From: a virus
Lineage: Duplodnaviria > Caudoviricetes
Reading direction: 5' to 3' (one strand)
Length of the DNA: 25,551 nt
Virus record (IMG/VR): IMGVR_UViG_3300020171_000124
Location: 1-25,551 of that record
Below, in pieces: positions 1 through 8,025 of the stretch; positions within the stretch are counted from its first letter, which is position 1; each line of letters opens with the position of its first letter. A program made the translations under genes and the position numbers. The notes below the pieces were generated by a model that saw only the letters and a list, made by a program, of their open reading frames with translations, did no database searches and was not told the origin of the DNA.

Positions 1-2059
1 CCTGCTGCGCCAGCCAAGCGTCCTCTACGGCTAACGGGACATTCTCGAACAAGCTGAGAGGTGCCCTCCCCAGTCCCTCGCCCAGTCCTAGACCCACATC
101 CCTTGCGAAGTTGCCGCCGAATGTCAAGGGCGGCAGTTCAAGGCCAGTCTCCGGTTTCTTGAACCACCGAGGCTGCCCCAGCGGCGCCATAAATGTCCCT
201 GGAAGATACTTTCCTGGTGCCGTCGGCTGGATTTGCTCGAACTTTTCCTTCGTCACCCACCGTTCGCCTCGGTCGCCGCGGTATTCCCCAGGCAGTTCAT
301 ACTTGGCCTCGTAACCAGCCGCCTTCATAAACATCCCGCCGAGCAGGGTGTCCGGCCCGAGATTGACGGCGAACCACTGGGCTATAGCCCGCCCGACTGG
401 TGCAACGATACTTATAAGGGCCTTCGTCAGCCATTCGAGAAACTCGATAGCCCTGTCCTTTATGAATACGAACACCTTGGTCACGGTGCTCAGGAACGAA
501 CCTTCCTGATTACGTCCCTCCCATATCCCGAGTAGTTTGTCACGAATGTTGCTGATGGCCTCACTCGCGTACATCTTCATCAGCTCCCATCCGAGCTTCC
601 AGTTGTTCGATATGGTCGCAACGATTTCGAGGACCCGAGTGAAGGTGTCCAATAGTCCGGCACCGCCTTCCCTGATCGTGGCCGGGTCGAAGAGGTTCTT
701 CAGTACGTCTGGCAACAATCCTCCGATCCCACGTGCGATTCCGCTTATGGTCGTGGTCAACAAGAGTCCCCAGTATTCCGCCCTCGCCCTGACCTGTGCC
801 ATGAACGTCTCAATCACTGGCCGCAGCGCGTCCACCTTCTCCCGCATCCAGTCGAACATCGGGATCATCGCCTGCGCGATGGGGCCGCCTATCGACTCCG
901 CCAGCCCCCAGAACGTCTCCTGGAGCCGAACCAGAGCCCGCTGGAGCGTCCCCGACCGCTTCGTCGCCTGCTCTTCCATCGCCCCAGACACGTCGTCCAA
1001 ACTTCCGCGGGCCGCGTCTGCCGCCTTGCGAGTTTCAATTAATTTCCAGATGAACAGCGCCGTCTGCGCTCGGAGCCCCGCCTGCTTCATTTGATAGATT
1101 GCCGCCGCCTGCCCGAGCATCCCGTACCGCCGGGCGAAGATGTCGATCACCTCCGGCAGTTCCTTCATCTCACCCCAGGCGTCCGTCACGACGATGCCCT
1201 GCTCCGCCAGCCGCTTCGAGTCGGCCGACAGCATCCGGAACATCATGGCCAGCTTCGGGCCGGCTTCGGACCCCATCTCCTTGCCGGACTTGGTGAGGCC
1301 GATCACCGCCGCCATCACGTCGCGAGCGTCCTGACCGAACTCCTCCATGCTATCCACGGTGGACCCGAGGGCTTTCCCCATGATGTCCACGGTGGTTCCG
1401 CCGAGTTTGGCTGACTGCGCGACTAGGTTGCCGGCCCACTCCATGTTGCGCATGTTCGTGGTCGCGTCCTCCGACATCAGGCCGAGCACCCGCATCGAGT
1501 GCGCCAGCTCGTTGGTCGCCTCCGCGAGGTTGGAGTCCGTGATCTTGGCGTATTGAGCCGCGGTTGCCATCGCCATCATCGACTGCTCGGCGTTGAACCC
1601 GTTCTTTGCCATCGCCTCGTACGCGGCGGCCACGTCAAGGTGCGACACGCCAGCCTCCCGCGCGACCCGCTTGGCTGTGTCCCGCAGCGCCTCCTCGTTG
1701 CCCTGCACGCCCGCCATGCTGGCCGTCGCGCGCTTCATCGCCTTGTCGAACTCGGCGCTGGAGTCAATCATCGCCTTGAACGCGAACAGGCCCCAGAGCT
1801 TCTGCCCCTCGGCCAGCAGGTAGTTCATCGGCACGAACAGCCCGGCCATGAGCGACGAGAAGACGTTGTAGAACCCGCGGAAGACGGACCCCACCAACTC
1901 GAACGGCAGGCTGATCGCCTTAAAGAGCATCGACCCGAAGCCGGTTGCAAGTTTCAGCGCGCCGCTGAAGGCCGACGCGAGGCCGCTCAACATCCCGCCA
2001 GCGTCGACCCCGACCCTCACGAAAACGTCGCCAAGAGTGTCAGCCGCGTTTTCAGCCAT
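1..2059 (-). CDS. Tail tape measure protein (TP901-like core), 3' end runs off the window
   Basis: Absent from the ORF track because it has no stop in the window. Hand translation from ATG 2059 (GGAGG RBS): MAENAADTLGDVFVRVGVD...FDKAMKRATASMAGVQGNEEALRDTAKRVAREAGVSHLDVAAAYEAMAKNGFNAEQSM. It is Ala-rich and helical, and directly follows the chaperone genes. Confidence 0.92.
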   Translation of the reverse strand, partial: MAENAADTLGDVFVRVGVDAGGMLSGLASAFSGALKLATGFGSMLFKAISLPFELVGSVFRGFYNVFSSLMAGLFVPMNYLLAEGQKLWGLFAFKAMIDSSAEFDKAMKRATASMAGVQGNEEALRDTAKRVAREAGVSHLDVAAAYEAMAKNGFNAEQSMMAMATAAQYAKITDSNLAEATNELAHSMRVLGLMSEDATTNMRNMEWAGNLVAQSAKLGGTTVDIMGKALGSTVDSMEEFGQDARDVMAAVIGLTKSGKEMGSEAGPKLAMMFRMLSADSKRLAEQGIVVTDAWGEMKELPEVIDIFARRYGMLGQAAAIYQMKQAGLRAQTALFIWKLIETRKAADAARGSLDDVSGAMEEQATKRSGTLQRALVRLQETFWGLAESIGGPIAQAMIPMFDWMREKVDALRPVIETFMAQVRARAEYWGLLLTTTISGIARGIGGLLPDVLKNLFDPATIREGGAGLLDTFTRVLEIVATISNNWKLGWELMKMYASEAISNIRDKLLGIWEGRNQEGSFLSTVTKVFVFIKDRAIEFLEWLTKALISIVAPVGRAIAQWFAVNLGPDTLLGGMFMKAAGYEAKYELPGEYRGDRGERWVTKEKFEQIQPTAPGKYLPGTFMAPLGQPRWFKKPETGLELPPLTFGGNFARDVGLGLGEGLGRAPLSLFENVPLAVEDAWLAQQ

Positions 2060-2345
2060 GCTTCATCCTCCGCGAAAAGCCGACGAGACGCAGTTCCTTC
2101 TTCAGTTTGCGCTCCGCCAGGTACTTTTGGACCTGCTGCTTCGTCATCTTCACGTTCCCCGTCAGATCCTCCTCTCCCGCGACCACCATCCGCAACTGGT
2201 ATGGCGTCCAGTCCGCGACGACCTGCGGCGGTATCCCGAGCGCCGTCACGGCGTAGTGGAAGACCTGTCTCCAGGTGGGAGGTTTGCTTGTATCGCCGGA
2301 CTTCCCTCTGAACTCGTCGGGGAGGTCCGGCCAGTCGAGTTTCCC
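2052..2345 (-). CDS. Tail assembly chaperone GT extension (-1 frameshift product C-terminus)
   Basis: The -1 frame from the slippery site reads LDWPDLPDEFRGKSGDTSKPPTWRQVFHYAVTALGIPPQVVADWTPYQLRM... with no stop until 2052. It includes track ORF 2052..2249. Confidence 0.82.
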   Translation of the reverse strand, partial: GKLDWPDLPDEFRGKSGDTSKPPTWRQVFHYAVTALGIPPQVVADWTPYQLRMVVAGEEDLTGNVKMTKQQVQKYLAERKLKKELRLVGFSRRMKHG

Positions 2346-2776
2346 AGTTCGTCCGTGCCTGACGCCATCTCTGTGGCCCGCTTCAGGGCAGCCGCGTCCT
2401 CCGGCTGCATTTCGTCGAGGATCGTCTCGACCTGATCCAGGGTAAACCGGCCTGGATATTGCTTGTTTATCAGCATCCAGAGGATGAACGTCACGCCCGC
2501 GCGCGAGCCGGCAAACCGGCCGTACTCCTCTGCGGTGACCGTGGCCGCCGCCTTGGCATCCTTGTACGCTTCCGCGACGACCTTCTCCTGCATCGCCTCG
2601 CTCAGCGTCTTGTCCGCCAGCATCTCCCGCATGACATCCAGCGGATTGCGCCGCTTGGACAGGATGTAGTTCTCCACCGTCCCGATGTCTTTGTAGGTGA
2701 ACGGCGGAATCAGTATCATCTCGCCCCGGAACCGAACCGGTACCGGGGAGCCGGCCGCTCTGGCAAGCCCTTCCAT
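2246..2776 (-). CDS. Tail assembly chaperone (gpG-like)
   Basis: 176 aa, located between tail tube and tape measure, with AGGAGG RBS and an in-frame G-GGA-AAC slippery heptamer near the 3' end. Confidence 0.85.
   Translation of the reverse strand: MEGLARAAGSPVPVRFRGEMILIPPFTYKDIGTVENYILSKRRNPLDVMREMLADKTLSEAMQEKVVAEAYKDAKAAATVTAEEYGRFAGSRAGVTFILWMLINKQYPGRFTLDQVETILDEMQPEDAAALKRATEMASGTDELGNSTGRTSPTSSEGSPAIQANLPPGDRSSTTP
2339..2345 (-). promoter_or_regulatory. -1 ribosomal frameshift slippery site G GGA AAC
   Basis: X XXY YYZ heptamer in the gpG frame (compare lambda G/T GGGAAAG). The -1 frame is open into the downstream ORF. Confidence 0.82.
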
Positions 2777-2816
2777 ATCATCGCCCTCCTGTTAAAAGGC
2801 CGTGTCAAGTTGTCGC

Positions 2817-3194
2817 TCACGGCATGGTCCAGGCCGCCGTGATTCCGAAGTTGGCCTTCCCTGCGGGAGGCTCACCTTCGTTGATGTTGCAGTCGTACGT
2901 TACGTCGTCGATGATCGCCGGCACCGTGATGTAGTTGCTGCTGTCCAGGTACAGGGTGAGCGACACCAATGTCCCCACCTCAATCGAATCCCACTGTTGG
3001 GTCGTGTCGTCGATCTTGAAGCTGAACGAGCCTGTGCCATCCTTCACCCCTGCGGCGCGGGTCTTGTATCCGCCCGTAGAGCTGGAGGCCCACACCGCAT
3101 TGTTCGACTTCGCGTTGAACGACCAGTCGGTGATCTGGGCGAGCGTCGTCGCCCCGGCCACCACCTTGCCGTCTTTGCCCACATAAACTGCCAT
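2817..3194 (-). CDS. Major tail tube protein
   Basis: 125 aa, beta-rich (GKDGKV...ITDWSFN...GGYKTRAAGVKDGTGSF), GAGGAGG RBS, immediately upstream of the chaperone. Confidence 0.82.
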   Translation of the reverse strand: MAVYVGKDGKVVAGATTLAQITDWSFNAKSNNAVWASSSTGGYKTRAAGVKDGTGSFSFKIDDTTQQWDSIEVGTLVSLTLYLDSSNYITVPAIIDDVTYDCNINEGEPPAGKANFGITAAWTMP

Positions 3195-3249
3195 AGTTGG
3201 CTACCTCCTCGTGCCGCCGTCGCCGCCCTCGTATTCGTCCCGGTTTTGA

Positions 3250-3519
3250 CTACCCGCTTTGTCCGTCACGATCTTGCCGGCCAGCCGCAGGGGCCTGCTC
3301 CGTAGCACCCGCCAAAATCGCCGCCCGCTCTCCGGGCGAGAATCTGTCACAAGGCACCTCGCACGGCACCATTTCGCCGCAGCAAGGGCACTTCGGCCCT
3401 TTGTCGCAGCTCTCGCACGGCAACGCCCACTCGGGCGATGTCACGATCAGCGGTGACCGCTCTCGGTGCAAGTCCGCGAAGATCGGCGATCTGCCACTTT
3501 TCCGCGTATTCTTGAGCAT
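3250..3519 (-). CDS. Small Cys-rich hypothetical protein
   Basis: CESC..KCPCCG..PCEVPC cluster. It fills the gap between the Rep-like ORF and the tail tube; RBS is weak. Confidence 0.45.
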   Translation of the reverse strand: MLKNTRKSGRSPIFADLHRERSPLIVTSPEWALPCESCDKGPKCPCCGEMVPCEVPCDRFSPGERAAILAGATEQAPAAGRQDRDGQSG

Positions 3520-3531
3520 TCCCGCACCCGA

Positions 3532-3550
3532 TCTAATATCCGTTATTAGA
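3532..3550. promoter_or_regulatory. 19-bp palindromic motif, copy A (TCTAATATCCGTTATTAGA)
   Basis: Perfect 7-bp inverted arms around a 5-bp core, AT-rich and intergenic in GC-rich DNA. It recurs elsewhere in the window. Confidence 0.75.
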
Positions 3551-3559
3551 CGGCCGCCA

Positions 3560-4411
3560 TCACCCCTTGGCCCACATCGCCACCCGCCTCCTTTGCTCTT
3601 CCGTCAACGGTGGCGGGTTCGTCGCCAACCGGTAGAACTCCTCACGCAACTCCGTCGGCACGTCAAACTCTACCATGCATGTCGCCCCCCAAGCCTTGCA
3701 CTCGACTCGCAGCCCCAGCGATTCCGCGGCCGCCAAGATGTCCTCCCAGCTCGCGGACGCCAGCTCCTCGACCTCCCGCCACCGGGCACGCCCATCCGGC
3801 TTCCCTTTGCCCGTCTTCTGCTTGGGCTGCTTGGGCTCCTTTGGCATGGCCCACCCCTTGCTCAATAGGATCGGCTTCAGCACCGGCCGGGCGTTCTCCA
3901 CCATCCACGCGGCCATCTCCTGCGCCGCCTCCGTGCTGTACGGCTCCGTCACGCCCAGCACGGCCACGCTCGCCAGCACTGCCAGCCGGCCTTCCCCGAC
4001 TTCCACCGCGTCGTAGTCGCTCTTGGCTCGCAAGAGCCTCCGGTACAGCGTGGGCCAACTCTCCCGGTCGCATTCACCGTAAAAGGCCTTCTGGCACGTC
4101 GTCAGCCGCCACGCAATCAGCAACTTGTTCCGGGCCACCCAAATCGGCCCGCAGATCGGACACCCACGGGTACGGCATGCCACCGCCGTCAGTCGGACGG
4201 TTCGCCCCGTCTCCCGGTCCACCACTCGCCTCGTGGTATGCCTCGGACACCGGACACCGTTGTATTCTGGTAAGGTGGGTAGTTTTGTACGGGTTGCTCT
4301 ATTCTTCTCTTCTTGAATAGAGCAAGTCGTACAGCCGTGGCCTTCTCGCTTGTTTTCTGCTACAATGGGCATCGTTACGCCTTTCTGACGCCGGCATGGT
4401 TTGTCCGCCAC
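3560..4411 (-). CDS. Hypothetical protein with Cx4Cx2C motif, possibly a degenerate rolling-circle Rep-like protein (start uncertain, ATG 4372 possible)
   Basis: ACRTRGCPICG resembles the Zn-binding motif N-terminal to HUH Rep/IS91-type proteins. No HxH or YxxK motif is visible. Confidence 0.5.
   Translation of the reverse strand: MADKPCRRQKGVTMPIVAENKREGHGCTTCSIQEEKNRATRTKLPTLPEYNGVRCPRHTTRRVVDRETGRTVRLTAVACRTRGCPICGPIWVARNKLLIAWRLTTCQKAFYGECDRESWPTLYRRLLRAKSDYDAVEVGEGRLAVLASVAVLGVTEPYSTEAAQEMAAWMVENARPVLKPILLSKGWAMPKEPKQPKQKTGKGKPDGRARWREVEELASASWEDILAAAESLGLRVECKAWGATCMVEFDVPTELREEFYRLATNPPPLTEEQRRRVAMWAKG
4286..4333. repeat. Near-perfect inverted repeat/hairpin
   Basis: TGTACG-GG-TTGCTCTATTC / 10-nt loop TTCTCTTCTT / GAATAGAGCAA-GT-CGTACA, in a locally AT-rich patch. 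Confidence 0.7.
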
Positions 4412-4606
4412 TAGCCGGCGTCTTTTTTCGCCCTGCCTTCGTACCCAACGAAAAAGGCCGGCACCGCAGGCCCCAGGACCCGCAACACCGGCCAGCTTTC
4501 TCTACTCGGCCAGTCCGATTCCGCCCCGCATTATCCCGCGCCGGCCCGCCCGTGCCTATACCGCTGCCTTGTCTATGCCCCCAGACGGGGAATCGCGGCC
4601 GGCCGG

Positions 4607-4625
4607 TCTATTAACCGAAAATAGA
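4607..4625. promoter_or_regulatory. Variant of the 19-bp motif (TCTATTAACCGAAAATAGA)
   Basis: 15/19 match to TCTAATAACGGATATTAGA, still symmetric (TCTATT...AATAGA), in the opposite orientation to copy A. Confidence 0.55.
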
Positions 4626-4676
4626 CGGATTCTCCCCGCCCCCCGCGTTAAACCATCGGAATCCTTGGCCGGTTCG

Positions 4677-4703
4677 TGGTATAATAACGGTAATTAAAAG
4701 GAG
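4677..4703 (+). promoter_or_regulatory. Extended -10 promoter (TGGTATAAT) and RBS (AAGGAG)
   Basis: Perfect TGnTATAAT at 4677-4685, AAGGAG at 4698-4703, ATG at 4711. It is overlapped by a 15/19 variant of the 19-bp motif at 4680-4698. Confidence 0.7.
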
Positions 4704-4710
4704 CCCTGAA

Positions 4711-4953
4711 ATGACTCGATTCGCCCTGTGTTTCGCCGCCGTCTTGGCCCTCTGGGTGGGCCTGATCTTCTGGTTTGCCGGGCCTGCGGAAACGCCCGGG
4801 AGCGGCCATTGCCCGTCTTGCGGCTGGGCCTATGTCTTCCCGAAGGAGCAGTTATCACCTGGCGTGCAGGTCCTCCTCGCGGTCCCCTGCGACCAGTGCG
4901 GCAAGACCGCTCTTGTGCGTGATTGGCTTCAGCCATCTCGTCAGTCCGAATAG
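4711..4953 (+). CDS. Small membrane-anchored Zn-ribbon protein (moron-like)
   Basis: N-terminal hydrophobic helix followed by CPSC...CDQC. It has its own promoter and RBS and is the only credible plus-strand gene. Confidence 0.75.
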   Translation: MTRFALCFAAVLALWVGLIFWFAGPAETPGSGHCPSCGWAYVFPKEQLSPGVQVLLAVPCDQCGKTALVRDWLQPSRQSE

Positions 4954-6572
4954 TAAATAGTGATGGAAACGACGGAAACTGTCGCGGTGTCATAACCCGT
5001 GCAAGCTGCTTGCAACATGACTCCAAACGCCGCGCTGTTTGCTTCTGCTACCGTGGTGATCTGTCCCCACTTGTCGTACTTCGTGCCGTAGGTGTACTCT
5101 GTCGCGCCAATCGCCCACGAACCGGCCGCGGCTTGATCGGTTCCAGTCCCCGCTCCTCCGTTGTCCGTCAACCATACGTGGCTGTCGACGTATGTTCCGA
5201 GAGTACAACTCTTCGTGATCTTGACGACGATCCCGTGGATTTCTGCGCCACCCGGGATGACGAAGTCGAAGTCATAAGCGTAGAGGTACTGCGTGAGGTT
5301 CGCCCCGGGGTTCATCCCGTCCACTGTGCACGGAAACGGCGTCCCAACCGACCATGCCCACTCTCCTGAGAGCGGAGCATTGATTGTGGCCGTGGCACCC
5401 ATTAGCCACGACGATTCTCCTGACACCGAACTAGAAAACTCTATTGATTGGGACGTGTTAGTGATCATCGTTGACGAAGACGTGGTTGAGCTTGACGAGC
5501 TGGATGACGACCGCGACGACGTGCTTGACGAGCTGAACGCGATCACGGTACTACTGCTGCTGGATGACGTGCTGCTTGACGTGCTGCTGCTTGACGTGCT
5601 GCTGGACGACGTGTGCGTGAAGACCGTCGACGACGACGACGACCCGCTTGACGGGCTCAGCGGGCTCTGGCTCGACGGGCTGGACGAAGATGAAGAAGAG
5701 CAAGACGACGAGGATGTCGAACTCGACGACCGGCCGGTACTCGTGCATGCGCTCGACTGCTGGCCTGAACTCCACGATGAGCATGTCGAGCACTCCGTCG
5801 AACCGCGCGTGCTCATGGAACTAGTCGACGACGACTGCGAAAGCTCGTCGAACCCACTGGATGTCGAACTCGACTCATAAGACGACTTCGACGATTGCGA
5901 GGAACTCGTGCTGCTACTGTAGGTTATGATCGTTGACGAGGACGAACTGCTGGAGAATGTGATAACCGTCGAACTCGACGTGGAGCACGATGAAGACGAG
6001 GATGAGTAGCTTGAAGACGTTGACGCGCTGCTCGTGCTCGACTCCACGTCCCCCGCGTTGCCGATCACCGCCACCTGGAAGTGGATGTCGGTGCTGGTGC
6101 CGTCGTGCTGCACCCGGAAGTTCTGCGCCGTCGGGGACAGCGAGTAGCCGTCCACCGGCGCGTCCAGTATCAGACACCCGCCAGGCTTCACTGTGTTCTT
6201 GCCTGCCGCGCTGCTCCCCCAGGGCTCCGTCAGCGGGTCGCCGATCCCGCAAGGCCCCACCAGGATGTCGTCCGTCTCCACCGTCGCTAGGTTCCGCACC
6301 ATGACGGCCCGGATCGTCTCGAACGGCAGCAACTCCCCGAACTGGTCCTTCAGCCCGTTGAACAACTCGATGTCTTGCCGGTACGGCCCGGTCTTGATGA
6401 GCGTGTATTGCCGGCGGAACAGCAGGTTGGCCTGGTTGTCGCCCGTGCCGTTGGCGTAGGCGGTTGCCTGCGATACGGTGTTCGTCTCTTTGGTCGCGGC
6501 GATGGCGTCCGTCAGCGAGTGGATGTACTCGATGTCCGCCGCCAGGGTCCCGTCGAACTTGCGCTCGCCCAT
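4941..6572 (-). CDS. Putative virion protein: conserved N-domain + poly-Ser/Thr tract + C-terminal beta-rich domain
   Basis: The ~170-aa N-domain is paralogous to 6588..7574. A ~210-aa Ser tract is followed by a globular C-terminus (FDFVIPGGAEIHGIVVKI...ITIYY). AAGGAGG RBS. Confidence 0.85.
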   Translation of the reverse strand: MGERKFDGTLAADIEYIHSLTDAIAATKETNTVSQATAYANGTGDNQANLLFRRQYTLIKTGPYRQDIELFNGLKDQFGELLPFETIRAVMVRNLATVETDDILVGPCGIGDPLTEPWGSSAAGKNTVKPGGCLILDAPVDGYSLSPTAQNFRVQHDGTSTDIHFQVAVIGNAGDVESSTSSASTSSSYSSSSSSCSTSSSTVITFSSSSSSSTIITYSSSTSSSQSSKSSYESSSTSSGFDELSQSSSTSSMSTRGSTECSTCSSWSSGQQSSACTSTGRSSSSTSSSSCSSSSSSSPSSQSPLSPSSGSSSSSTVFTHTSSSSTSSSSTSSSTSSSSSSTVIAFSSSSTSSRSSSSSSSSTTSSSTMITNTSQSIEFSSSVSGESSWLMGATATINAPLSGEWAWSVGTPFPCTVDGMNPGANLTQYLYAYDFDFVIPGGAEIHGIVVKITKSCTLGTYVDSHVWLTDNGGAGTGTDQAAAGSWAIGATEYTYGTKYDKWGQITTVAEANSAAFGVMLQAACTGYDTATVSVVSITIYYSD

Positions 6573-6587
6573 CGGTCATCCCTCCCT

Positions 6588-7574
6588 TTACGCGCCGGTT
6601 GAGAGGGACGATGAGGACTTCGAGCACGACGAGCTTGACGCCGACGAGGACGAACTCAGGCGGAACGAGATCGACGAGCACGATGAGGACGACGAGACCG
6701 ACTTCGATGACGACGTGGACTTCGACGACGACGAAGACGAGGAGAACGTGACGATGGAGCTGGACGTGCTCCTGGTCGAACTGCTTCTTGACGACGAGGA
6801 CGACGAGCTGAACGTCACAATCGACGACGATGATGAGGATTTGGTAACAATTGTGGACGAAGACGACGAGGATGCCGTGCTCTTCGAGCTGGACGAGCGC
6901 GTCGACGAAGACGACGTTGACTTGCTGCTGCTGAACGACGAGGACTTCGACGAGGATGAGGACGAGGACTTCGACGATGCGGACGACGCCGTGGACGCCG
7001 AACTGAGACCCACGCTGGATGTGCTGCATGACGACGACACCAGATCGCCCGTCGTGCCCCAGATCACGATGTCGAACGTGATGGACCCGCTCGTTCCGGC
7101 GTAGGCAACGCGGAAGACCTTGGCAGTTGCGGTCACCGCGTAACCTGCCACGGGCGAGTCCAGGAAGAGGCAGCCGCTCGGCTTGACCGTGTTCTTGCCG
7201 GCAATCGCGTCGCCCCAGGGCTCGATGAACGGGTTGGCCACGCTCTGCGGCCCGACACTCAGGTTGTCGCCTGCCGTCGTGGATAGATTGCGGACCAGGA
7301 TGCCCTTGACGAACTCGAAATCCAGGTCGTCCCCGAAGATGTCCAACAGCGTGTCCCGCAGGGTGAGATCCTGGTTCGGGCTCCCGCTGGTGACGGTGTA
7401 CTGCTCGCGGTACACTGCATTGGCCTGACCGGACGCCTTGCCGGTGGTGTAGACTGTCGCGTTCTTCAGCGCGGACGAAGACTCCGTCGGCGTCCCCAAC
7501 GTGTCCACTCGGCGGTAGACGTAGGTGATTGAGGCCGTCGCGGTCCCCGTCCAGCTTTTCGTCCCGACTGCCAT
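6588..7574 (-). CDS. Putative virion protein: conserved N-domain + C-terminal poly-Ser tail
   Basis: Shares QAN, D.FG..L.FE, VRNL, VGP, EPWG and AGKNTVKP.GCL.LD.PV.GY motifs with 4941..6572. ~150-aa Ser tail. GAGGAGG RBS. Confidence 0.85.
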   Translation of the reverse strand: MAVGTKSWTGTATASITYVYRRVDTLGTPTESSSALKNATVYTTGKASGQANAVYREQYTVTSGSPNQDLTLRDTLLDIFGDDLDFEFVKGILVRNLSTTAGDNLSVGPQSVANPFIEPWGDAIAGKNTVKPSGCLFLDSPVAGYAVTATAKVFRVAYAGTSGSITFDIVIWGTTGDLVSSSCSTSSVGLSSASTASSASSKSSSSSSSKSSSFSSSKSTSSSSTRSSSSKSTASSSSSSTIVTKSSSSSSIVTFSSSSSSSRSSSTRSTSSSIVTFSSSSSSSKSTSSSKSVSSSSSCSSISFRLSSSSSASSSSCSKSSSSLSTGA

Positions 7575-7587
7575 CGCTGTACCCTCC

Positions 7588-8025
7588 TCATGCCGCGGTC
7601 GTCGCCGTCTCGACCACTGCCACCGCCGTGAATCTCTGCACCCACTCCAGCGCGTTCGGGTTCAGCGGATCGTGCAGGAGCGATTCGCCGAGCCATCGGC
7701 ACCGCACCAGCTTGGCCCCGCTGATCGACAGTGAGGCGTTCTCGAAGGCGTCGTGGATCGCCTTGGCCGCCGTCTTCGCCGCCGCGTTGAGCGTCGGCGC
7801 CGCCGCTATCAGGCTGATCTGGAAGTCCGTCGAGTCCTCGCGGCTGGTCGTGTCCCCGGAGCTGGCCCGCCACGGCACGTTGCTCCCTGTCTCCGCCATG
7901 ATCGCATAGGGCATGTCAGTCCCCTCAGGCGCATCGAACACGTGCAGCCCGCCCGTGACCGTCGTGTCCAGCCCGGCTGCCGTCCACCTCGCGCCAACCG
8001 CCACGAACAGCTCCGCAATGTTCAC
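7588..8025 (-). CDS. Tail completion/terminator protein (DUF3168/gp17-like)
   Basis: 145 aa with the 'DAPEGTDMPYAIM' motif, positioned after the neck gene with a GTGA overlap. Confidence 0.72.
   Translation of the reverse strand: MNIAELFVAVGARWTAAGLDTTVTGGLHVFDAPEGTDMPYAIMAETGSNVPWRASSGDTTSREDSTDFQISLIAAAPTLNAAAKTAAKAIHDAFENASLSISGAKLVRCRWLGESLLHDPLNPNALEWVQRFTAVAVVETATTAA

Noticed and set aside
111-2435. Numerous plus-strand ORFs at the left end
   Set aside because: They are antisense to the tape measure and chaperone genes and have no recognisable protein features.
4530-4558. Minus-strand promoter TAGGCA-N17-GATAAT for the Rep-like ORF
   Set aside because: Plausible, but a single weak match with no independent support.
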